Assembly (NCBI GenBank): GCA_000934665.2
Contig: KZ538355.1
Coordinates: 1-64,000 of the forward strand
DNA: 64,000 nt
DNA from: Catajapyx aquilonaris
Lineage: Eukaryota
Reading direction: 5' to 3'
The stretch's first letter is position 1, and every line of letters begins with the position of its first letter. Shown one piece after another: positions 1 through 11,234 of this stretch. The position numbers and the translations under genes were made by a program. The notes beneath the pieces are model-generated. The model saw only the letters and a program-made list of their open reading frames with translations. It was not told the DNA's origin and did not search any database.

Positions 1-1046
1 TTTGATATGTTGTTCAGAATAGTTTTCTGAGTCTAAAAAGCCTTACTTTGTTTCTGTTACAATTTGTTCGATGTTTTCGCCTAAAATGACTGGCCTAATA
101 TGGCTGCAAGTTTTCGAGTTATAGGGTTTTCAAAATGGGACATTCTTTTTCGATGACCCTGTATTTAAAATCTAGTTGTATTTGTTTGGTTTCTTGCAGT
201 TGGGGGGTTTTGATTACGACACAACGTAATTGGTGCTTTTTGATACAAAAATACAGTGGTGGATGCAATAATTGCATGAAATCTTTACTCATTTTGCACA
301 CAGTAGTTGGCGGTATTTGATGCAGATGCTGCCGTTGACGGCTTTTGTTTCACATTTCTCGAAAAATTGTTTCGTAGTTGTCATATTTTGATCCTCGTCT
401 CAGTGTATTTTCTCCTTTTGATTATCATGGGAAGGAGTGCTAGTTTTGATACAACATTCAGAGATAATGTGCAGGGTAACCCTAAGAACCATATGCCTTA
501 CAGCCGTGCCTATCTCATTTTTCAAGAAAATGTCAGTTGGCGGTTTTTGATCCTCAGCCCATCACATCCCAAATTCCCGATAAATGTTTTTGAATTTCAC
601 CCATCCAATATTAAGTGTCCATGATTTTAATGCAATGGGGTGGTAAATATATGACCATACCAGGCTCCCTTTTTATCACTGATTTTCGTTCCATACCTAT
701 TGTTCCTCTGCAGCCACCTCCAGCCGGATCTTCTTCGGGCAACTCTTGTCGACCACCACTCTCGGCCTTTCGTCGGGATAGGCAGAGAATCCTTCGCCAA
801 CACTTCTTTGGCCTTTTTCCTAATAAAATCAACGTGTACCACTAGCAGACGTGTGAGAGTCCTACTGGGTCCACGGATCTTCTGCCAATAGCCCACGTGA
901 ACCACCAGGTCTCAGAAGCACTAGGGACAGGAACCGGCACCAAGAAGTAGATCTTTCTATTCCCTGCCGGCAGTCCGGCACCAGGACCAAGGACCAAGAA
1001 TAACCAGCGCTGAACCAGCGGCATATGGGAAGAGGAACGAACCTTC

Positions 1047-1129
1047 GGCGGGAACTTGGGCGGGAACACGGGCGGGAACCATAGGCGGGAACACGGGCGG
1101 GAACCATAGGCGGGAACACGGGCGGGAAT
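1047..1129. repeat. Minisatellite: 7 x GGCGGGAA(C), 12/13-nt period with a 25-nt higher-order unit
   Basis: Copies start at 1047, 1059, 1071, 1084, 1096, 1109 and 1121. Confidence 0.9.
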
Positions 1130-1602
1130 CAGCAAGGAACCAGGGAGGCAGGGACCTTACGTTGCCTTACGCTAGTGTACCTAGTAGTGTACCTTCCCCC
1201 CGCCGCTGCGTCCAGCGCCAGCACGATTGTAAAATCCACGTAATGTCAAATATATGTAACTTTAAAATACGGTGTCCCAGAATATCAAATGTGATATTTA
1301 AAGTGGAGGTATAACAGCAGTCAGGAATTTTTGCTTATATTCCGTGTCAATTACAGCCGGGCACCTTCTCCTTCTAGCGGGAGGAAGTCAAAGTTCTTTT
1401 CATGACTGAAGTGAGATTCTGAGATAGACTGTACGTCGTGTACAGTATACCACGAGGCACGATAATAACAAAGGTACGTTCACCTGGCTCTGCATGAGAA
1501 GTACGGTACAGGACTTTCAGGCATGCTTATTGTTTGTCCAATAATATAGCGGTCTGTATCCAACAATACAGTATTACAGTCTCAGGGGAACCTGAACTTT
1601 GC

Positions 1603-1608
1603 TTTATT
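1603..1608 (-). promoter_or_regulatory. Candidate polyadenylation signal AATAAA (would imply a 3' UTR of about 3 kb)
   Basis: First minus-strand AATAAA I found downstream of the 4644 stop (scan by eye). Confidence 0.3.
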
Positions 1609-4600
1609 TTGTACAATACTTATACGACTGCAATGCATGACAATAGCAACCAGGAGGTTACTAATGACCTACCTAAGTTTCCATTACACAAACAAATTAT
1701 AAAATAACCTACAGCATAGAGTGAGGAAATTTCAGAGGTACCGTGTGCCCGGTGAAATTCTCCTGCCACTGGGAGCATGATTAATTCTTTCAAAAAGTCA
1801 TCTCACAGTTACTGAGCCCTTGCAAATGTGCCATGTTTACAAGTACATTAAAATTGTCCAAGCCATATATCACACAGTGTGGCCAAACATCAAATACAGT
1901 ATACAGTAGTGCACTCTTCCAGTCACACTGTTCACTGGGGAAGCATAGAAGAACCAAGTATTTGGAGAACCCTCAACGGCAGCAGTCTCAAGTAAATGTC
2001 TGCATTTTGCCCCTGGTCGAGGTGGCCACCGATTAACACAAAGCAACAACAAAGCATATATTGAGGTTCACTTTTGGAACACAGACAATAAGCAACAGTC
2101 ATGTTCTTGAGATGACAACACAAGAGTACAATCATAATTTATAACGTTCATGTCTGCTCAGTACTGTCCAAACAGTGGCAGGAGTTTGTATGAGAACAGG
2201 CACACGTGGAGTGTACAGTACAGCACAGTATAATAAATATAGTCATATGGCATCAGTCAAGAATAATTGATGCTTCATAGGAAAGATTTCACATGGAGGA
2301 TTGCTCACTGACTGACATGGAAATTAGGGCTTACTACAGACAATGACCATATTCCCTTGGCGCATGATGGCAACAGGAAATCGGATTCATTCCACTCCTT
2401 TGGCATGGGTTAGGTTTTGCATGACTATCTGTTCCTCAGAACAGCGAAGGTAAAAAGGTATGCATGCGCCTATTTAAAATGCATGGAATTTCTAGGCAGT
2501 ACAAAAATAGTTGAACTCTGCACTCCTGAGAGGTAACTTTTTCATCATCTACTTTTCATGGAAGAACTGCGCACATGTAATAATTAACTGGAGTGTTGCC
2601 GTTCCATTAGTGGAATCAAAACTGGTTTGGTAATGTATGTGGAATTTTATCGAGTAATATGTGAGTCACATGCTTGGCCAGAAACAATAGGGTTTGCTTT
2701 CAATTTGGTTGTCAGTGTAAAAATCCTGCAGACCAGTGTAATACAGAAATGCCATCATAAGCTGCTTGTTAATTTTAGGTTTTAAAAAATGTAGGATACT
2801 TTTTTGTATCAAAAGGAGACAATCCAGGAGAGGAGAACCTGATGAAAAATAGTTACTTTTTGACCTGTGCATGACACGGATTCTGCATAAGTGCAACTAC
2901 AGTATGTCCCTAATATGTCCCTTTGGAAAGCGAGAGCAACAAACATTTCACATGCCAATATTTAAGGGGCCTGTGATGATGTCAGTCAGCGACCAATCTC
3001 ATGAGCTGATGATTGTATTTCCCCCTGCCTGGCCATTCTGAGTACAGCAACCTTTGGCAGGTTTTGTCACACACTGAGAATTACTGGTGTATTTGGGTCA
3101 CATGGCAAGTGGGACAGTCAGTGAGAAACACTCCCGTCAGCTCTTGCTGCAAAGCCATACTATTTCCTTTTTCTTTTTCTCACGCACACACACACAAATA
3201 CATATACACACATATGTACATGCCTTCTTTTCTCTTGTTCTGTGAATAAAATAGGCTTTCCAGGCATAATCTTTCCGCACAGTCTTGTAAATTTCAAGCA
3301 GACTACCAAGTGTTTTTGATTCCCTTAAGCAGGTGTGATCACAGATCCACAGGAGCCAGTCAAACAGGTCAACAGGTTTTAAAGGCAACAAGTTGCAGAG
3401 GTACACCTCTCCCAGTATCAAGACAAGAGAAATAAAATCAGATCCGCACAGATGAAGTACAGAGCATACAGTTGAGGAGGAGAGGCTGTGGCAAGTTTAG
3501 GTGAAGGAGGAAGGTCCGAGGCGCAAATAGATATGTACAGGCCTACACATTGTAGAGCATATGGGACGGGGTTGGTCTATTTCACAACACCAAAACAAAT
3601 ATCGCTCTGGGTGGGCTGGGATGAAGATTTGTCTATTCTACCACACCCACACTTGTAACAGCCTGGACCGTTCGGGGAGAAGAGAGTCGGGGGAAACAGG
3701 TGGAGAGACCCTATATCTCACCTATCTGCATGGCAGCTTCTGAGGCCACCACCTGCATGTTGTCCACTTCAAGTGGTGGCCAGCAAGCCCCCCTATCGAT
3801 CTTCTATCACAGACAGATCTACTGAAATGGAGGAACTAGTCATGGAGGTGGTGGAAGAAAATGGCTTTCCTAGGAATTAGCCACAAGCCCTTTTGGTAGT
3901 AAGGATCGGTCTGGAGCCTCCAAGTGTATTGCAACACCAGGCTTCAAGCTATTTGATGTACACCTTGGAATCAGGTGCCTCTGGCTCTTTCAAATAAGCA
4001 ACAGCATCACTGCAGTGTATTCACCTGTTCTAGAGGGTGCTTAACATCAAGTAGAATGTTGCTAGAATGTCTTGTCATTATGCAGATGGACAATTAATCC
4101 CATATATTTCCTCACTGGTCTCAGTTAAATTATTTCAGATTTGTGAACATGCAGGACACTAATACAATGAGAATACCTGGGCCACTACACTCCTACTCTT
4201 ATATCTACACCAGCATCAACCATGATCTTTCGAAGTTATGTAGTTACAGATAGCACGTCACATTCTGTGTATTTTAGCACCACTAAAACAATCCCAACCA
4301 AGCCAATGACAGACATCAACCTGGTGCAGTCTTCCCATTGCCTTGCTTGACATCATGCTTCCTTTCATCTAGCAAATTTAACATCGACACAAAATGTAAA
4401 ATCATGACATCCACATTTCTGACCGAATGTTGGCTCATATTGCCTTAACCTAGTCTTAAGAACATGTGTGATTCTTCAGTACCAAAATTCAAGACATTAA
4501 ATATTTACACAGTCAGCAGCATCAACTTTGAGCCTTGGCATGCAAGTTTTGCAGGGCCCCTGAGATCGAGCCTTACAACCTGGAGGAGCAGGACGGTGGA

Positions 4601-4643
4601 AAAAGGTTTGTGGAGAGAACTCCCATGTGTAGCCAGCCTGCCC

Positions 4644-5123
4644 TCACGTGGCATCCCCACCTGTGTGTTGACTATCAATATCCACCACATCTAGCACCAC
4701 TCCACCTGCTTTTCCCTCCACTTTTGAGGTTCCCGCGCACTGACTGTAGTGAGGTGGAGGAACAAGAAGTGAGACAACTGGAGCTCCATCATCCCCGTCA
4801 GAAGCCACATTTGGTGTGGAGGGCGTTCGAGCAGGGTACTTAGGAGGCACCAATGTCACTGCAGCAGAGGTGCAATCAGGAGACACCTCAGAAGAGAGTC
4901 CTGAGGAGCCCCGTGAAGGAAGATTTGCTGTTAAACTTAGCTGACTCCCTGGAAGGCTCCGGCGTCCACTCTGACCTCCCAAGGTTGCTGAGCTGGAGGC
5001 TTCAGCATAAAGACTAGGAACACTTCCAACTCGCACAGGAGAGCACCCTCGAGGAGTAGTTCGCAGATCAGCAACTGCTACCTTGTCAGCCACTTCATCA
5101 GGTGAAGGCTGTGAAACGAAAAC
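4644..5123 (-). CDS. Ca-alpha1T: Probable last coding exon of Cav3 ([11 protein letters not shown]...[10 protein letters not shown])
   Basis: ORF 4644..5171; aaacag| phase 0 with a weak pyrimidine tract; S/P-rich tail containing RRSLP; TGA at 4644-4646. Confidence 0.65.
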   Translation of the reverse strand, partial: VFVSQPSPDEVADKVAVADLRTTPRGCSPVRVGSVPSLYAEASSSATLGGQSGRRSLPGSQLSLTANLPSRGSSGLSSEVSPDCTSAAVTLVPPKYPARTPSTPNVASDGDDGAPVVSLLVPPPHYSQCAGTSKVEGKAGGVVLDVVDIDSQHTGGDAT

Positions 5124-8100
5124 CTGTTTTGACTTGGTGCAGGTAAGTTGTACAAGGCACCATTTGTACAATCACATGCAAGGAGACAATTAATACATCC
5201 TCTGGAAGCAAAACCCTTGGAACACACGTTGTTGTTGTTATGAGTCCTCACCTGCCGAATATTGATGCTATTTCTGATAACAGCAGTTGCATCACATGTT
5301 TCCTCTGTTGCTGAAGCAGAACCTGGTGCAGTTAGAGAACAGTGTGCACTACCTCCACACACACTTGCTGGCATTTCTAGAGTAAATTAATGATACAATT
5401 ATAATGTTCAGGAAGAATATTGACACATCTCACATGATTTAACCTGTACCTCTGTCTGATGTTTCCCCCCCTCCACTTCCTCCACCCCCTCCTCCAGGTT
5501 TAAGAGAGGGAAATGTAAAGTTGGCAGGCAAGGAGTTCATCTTTCCAAGGGGGCGATGCCCACGTGGACGCATTTCTACATCAAATTCCTGTAAAATTAA
5601 ATTATTTGTGTAAAGGCCACTGTGAGAAGGATAATGGTGGCAGATTTGCAATCCTCTAAACTCACAGTAGCCGCTTCAATTGCTTTTGCAACATGCAGCT
5701 GCTCCTGAAGTTCTGCCAATGCTTCCTCAGCAGCCAGCTCTTGTTCTAGTTCTGCTTCCATGTCTAGTTCATCTTCCATCTGAAAAGGAAAGGGCATAAT
5801 GTGTCAAGTTGCATTTTAATATAAACTCTACCAAATCATACATTACATAAACGTATGATGTATGTTTTCCCTACAAGAGATTGGGTCAAATTTTCATCCC
5901 ACTGCTAACTTAGCAGTACCACTGTCAACAACTAGTAGGGGGACTAAAACCCAATCTAAGGTCACTGTTGTTGACAGGTCAGAGAATAGTAATTTGTTCT
6001 TGGTTTGGTCCATTAGATTTTCCACTCTCAAGTCTTTGTATTTCACTGTGCTTATCTGTCAAATATTTTGGACCAGAAGTGGACACAGGTATAAAAATGC
6101 ATCTCAACACAATGCTGCAAACTAGTGTAGCCAACCAAGTGTAGGGCCTACCATTTCTATTTTCTCTAGTCTTTTTTGTTCATTGTGTGATTTCAGATTA
6201 GGTGGCAGCTGTAACCCTCTTATCAATATTATAACATATGGTATGGCTTAACAGTTTGTTAATAAATCATGCTCATAACAAATTATGCATCACTTGTGTT
6301 CTAAATGGAGCATATGCAAAACATGCAAAGAAAACATGCAAGTTGTCCTTTTGCATGAAAACGTGACAGATGCATGATTAGGGATGTAGTGAATGCACCA
6401 TTAGCGCATGTTCATTTGACCTACTGCAGGCTGATTATTACATGCACATCTTCCTGAAATTTTCCATTCCACCTGCAGCAAGTAATATTATACCATGTGT
6501 TTCAGAATTGATCACACATCCATCATGTTTGTGGAAATGTCACGTTGGTGATCCTCAGCCTGAGTGCACACACCAAATAGGAGAACTAACGTGCAACTCC
6601 CCTCTTTCCTTTACATTTCCCCCCTCAGTGTGCCAATAGGGCTTGTGGGCATTTCTCCAGATGTGAGATAAATTCTAGCAGGACATGTCCCCAAAGTTTT
6701 ATTGGAGTCTCTATTACACAGTATGTATAGCCTGAAGAGAGAAATATCAATATCACACTACCAGCGTTACATGAACAAGAACTTATGTTTTCTCAGTATA
6801 ACTTCTGCCTGGGTTAATTACTTCTGTGCTTCTGTGTATGCTATGCAAGCTACATCCTAGCTAATGTTGCGCAGGCTTGTTTTTTTTTGTATAATTATTA
6901 TTGCCAACATCAATTTTGTGCTACAGCAGCTGGATATAATGCACATAGAAATTTATTTCTCATTTTTTATATTTTTTTATATTATTTTAATTTACGCTGT
7001 GAGAGGGCGGAGCCCTTTTAGAGGGGAAGGGGAGGTTCCCGAGGGAGGGCGCTGTAATTATAGTCATTTCTGACTTTCTGAAATACACCAGACCTTTTCT
7101 CCTGGCCTTGGGCAGAGTAGGGAGTGCGATTCTGCCCCAGCATGTCGGGTGAAAAGCGGAAAAGGACCCTGCCAAGCAGAGGTGACGGGGACGGGATTTG
7201 AACCCCTGCCTCCCGCTTGGCTGGCCAGTGGCGTAACCACCAGACCACCATGCCTCCCGCAATTTATTTCTTATTTAGGTGGACAGTGTTTCTTTATTGT
7301 GCTTGTGAAAATAAATAGCCTACCGGTACATTTAAAAACTCAAAAGCTTGCTAGTGTAGCCTAGCTAGCCCATTATAGTTTCCCTGGTGCAGAATGAAAT
7401 TATCACAGGAGACTCATAAAACGTTAGCGACTGTAATCAGTAAGATTCTTGCTAATATGTACATAAACATAATGTTGACAAAACATGCAGTGTTCGAGTA
7501 GGCTTCCTTGGGAAACATTAGTTTATTCTACCATAACTATCAAGAATACCTTCCTTTGACTCTGCATGGCTATGTACAGTGTGCTTTAGCAGCTAATGAA
7601 TTTCACTGTATTAGAGTTGCGTTCAGCACATAATAATTGGTTACCATCCTGGTGATGGGATCCAATGGCAAAAAAAAATAATATTGCTTGAGATTTTTCC
7701 ACAGGCAAATATTTGTAGGAGCGCAGCTAGAGTTAGCCATATCTACTGTACAGCACAGCAGTGTGGTGATCTCTAAACACCTTACATTGCATGTGTTGGT
7801 AAAGCCCAGTGGTTGGGTCTGCCCTCCCATCAATTGTTGTTCCAGTCTGTGATGTGGCAACAAGTCATCCACCTGGCATACCAACTGAAGTTTAAGGTTG
7901 GGTATTGGAATGTTAAAATGGCAGTATGGAGGAGGGCCCGGGCCCAAGGGATCATCTGAGCTCCAGGTGGAGGAGGCAGACTCCTCCTCTGTTGTTTCCA
8001 AAGTCTCCCACTCGCTGCCATGCCCCAGGCACCTTGGTCTGCACACCTGCTGCTAGGAAATGTGACTAATGGCTAACTCCCCTGATCATACTTTTTGATC

Positions 8101-11100
8101 AACACATCATATCCCTGCTGTTTATGACCTCATATTAAAATCACACAAACCAACATGCAACACACTGAACCACAACAACAATAAGAAGAAATGGAATACA
8201 AAATAAATCAGGCATCAACTGAGTAAACATCACATGCATCAATTTACAAACAAAAACAAATGTTCATATTACATTATTACCATTGAAAATCTCACAAACG
8301 AGCATTGGAGGAGTAAACTTTTTACATCCCAAAGATATCTCCCATGTTTGCTTTTAGTCAGGAAAAAATAAGAAATTGTCACAGCTTCACTAACCTGCTT
8401 GTGTGATTCTTCAAGATGCTTCATGAGCACAGCCACTACAACGTTGACCAGAACAAATTGCGCCATGAGAACAAACACAACAAAAAATATGGGCGCAATA
8501 AAGTGTGACACACAACAGTTTCTAATGCAGTCAGCTTCACTGTTGCACTCTTCTCGTAGAGTGTCCTTCATAATACCATTCCAATTGTCTCCTGTAGCTA
8601 CACGGAATAGTGTTAGAAATGCAATGCCAAAGTTTCCAAAGTGAGCATGCTCGCTCAGGCCTTGGCATGGGAATTCATCGCTGCATTCTAACAATAGAAA
8701 TAAAAAGCCATTACACATAATTTTGCACTGCATCTGAAAGTCAATGAGACAATTTCCTTACCCAGGCGCCCAAACAGCTCAACACCAAGAGCAGCAAATA
8801 TGAAGAACAGGAGGAAAAAGAGCAGGCCGAGATTGCCCACCTGTGGCAGGGCTTGCATGACTGTGTCTAGCAGAGCACGAATTCCTTTTGCCATCTTCAG
8901 CAGCTTCAGCACTGGGAAGAAGGGAGATGATCTCACTGTGTCAAGTTACCTCTCAATAGCCCATAATCGGTGTAAAGGGAAAAAACCCTAATATATATAT
9001 GTGGCTTATGTTAGTTTTTTTCACATAAGAAGGTCCCACCGAGACTTGAACTCGGACCGCTGGACTTAGGTGCCCAGAATGCTAACCATTACACCATGGA
9101 ACCTCCTGCAGTCGTAAGCTGGTACATGCAAAAATTAGGTGTATATTGAAGACCACAACGTTTACCTCTGGCAATTCGGAGAACACGCATGACCCGGATG
9201 ATTGTCGGGTTAATGGGTATTATTCCTGACTCCATTTCCTCTAAAACAATTCCAACCACAGATAGGATGACAATGAACACATCGAGTTGGTTCCACCTGC
9301 AAACGAACTCTCCATGAAGCATTACCGAAACTAGACTTTCAATCATAAGCATCTTACTTGTCCTTTAAGTAGCGTCGAGTTCCCAGAGCTATGATTTTCA
9401 TGGCTAACTCAAGAATAAACACAGCAGTGAAGAAATAGTTAAAGATCATCAGGGAGTACTCCAATGCCTAGAAGATAAATTACCTAGTAATTAGTGAAAC
9501 CCCACAAAAAATGCAATCCTTCCGCATTCCCACCTTTGGCATCTTGTAGAACTCTGTAGCCATTGTAACAACATTAAGGCCAATCACAGCAGCAATAGCA
9601 AGATCAAAATACTTGGAAGTGACCATGCTGTGGAGGAAGAGTCGTGGGCGGGAGTAATGGAGATAGTATGGCGGTTGATGCATTTCTGCAAAGAGAACAC
9701 ATTTAGAGTTTTCCACATTGTTATGCAGTCAGACAATTTGTTTCAGAGATTATGGCAGAAGAAACAGTAATTAAATGTACCCATTTTCTACAAACTCATG
9801 GCTTTTCTTCAGCATTCATGCACCGGTGCCGAATACCAGCGGAAGGGTAAAGCCATCTTCCCTAGCAAGCACCCATTTTTAAATTATTATGCTACCACCT
9901 CACTCTTGTGCATACAAACAGCAATCGCACTAGTAGAATTCTCACACTCTTGCGGGGTCTTCCATACACGACATCACCACTTCCTTGATAACTTTTGTCC
10001 TCCATTCCCTTCTCTTTTCAGCCATTGCTACGAATCCTACCAAACCCAGCCCCTCCCCCTCCCCCTACACAAAGACACACTTGACCTGACTCACTGTATT
10101 ACCATGTCAACACTGAGAGTTATGTACCAGTTTGTCAACTCCCAAAATTATCTGCTTGCATTTGGACACATGGACATCAGGAAACACAACTAAGTACTGA
10201 TCAGATCTAATTTACATTAGCTTCTTCATTTTCTGTGGTTTCCCACGGTTCCTCCAGGAGAATTCCGGAGTTGTTTCCTAAACTAATATGCCACAGCCGC
10301 CTCCTTCCTTTCCTATCCCAAAAAGCGCAGTAAAAAACGAAACTAAGAGTTCCAGACATTAGCTTCTTCATTCTTCCTATACATCACAAAAGGTGATGTC
10401 AGCAGCTTGTAATAATAATCTGATATACCCCTCTTCCACACATGTGTGGTGGTACCATTTACGGAAGACCCATTGTCACGCACGCTTCAAGTGTCGACTA
10501 AATTTTCATCTCCACTTTCCAGTTTTGGCGGTAAGGGAAGATGAGCAGAGGGATTCATCGTCTGGTGTCTGTCTGAACCCAAAGACATGAAACAGAAGAA
10601 GTTGGAAACCATAGAGCGCAACAACAAACAGCAGGAGCTGAAGTTCGTGAACAATACACATGGATTTGACCACAATGCTTTTTTTTCCGGGCGGGGTACG
10701 GGGAATTTATCTACCAGCAAAAAAAATTGACATCGAGATTCTCATAATGGGGATTCCCTCCTGACAAGACTGCCAGTTTGGATATCACCATTAGTTTCAC
10801 ATGCACATCAATTTGCATTCCTATGACGCTCATTCGGTCAAGAAGACACAATAATTTGACACCAGCATATGCTACCTTCAGAGACGTCGACATTCGAGAC
10901 CAATACATCACACGCACAGCACACACACAAACTCCAAGTAAACCCATAAGCATTCTCAAGAGCAGCATTACAATTAATCATCTAGTTCTACATCACTGCA
11001 AAATGATCAAGCTAGCCACAGCACTTGCATAGCTTAGCTTGCCATATCTGTGCATCATCGCATGAAGACCTACTTCTACATAAACTTGGCATACAATAGC

Positions 11101-11168
11101 CAAGCCCCCCTACACTCTTGAAGAACACACATGCAACACACTCACGTGCCCAAGTTAGAAGCACACAC

Positions 11169-11234
<66 letters not shown>

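Noticed and set aside
119..905. Transposase or neighbouring-gene remnant at the window start
   Set aside because: Frames are interrupted and I recognised no protein family.
1047..1129. CRISPR-like repeat-spacer array
   Set aside because: Units are 12-13 nt with recurring 3-4 nt spacers, the context is eukaryotic and there are no cas genes; it is a minisatellite.
9946..9982. Possible exon-26-like 36-nt cassette ([12 protein letters not shown]) in the III-IV intron
   Set aside because: Weak acceptor and donor and no recognisable similarity; insufficient support.
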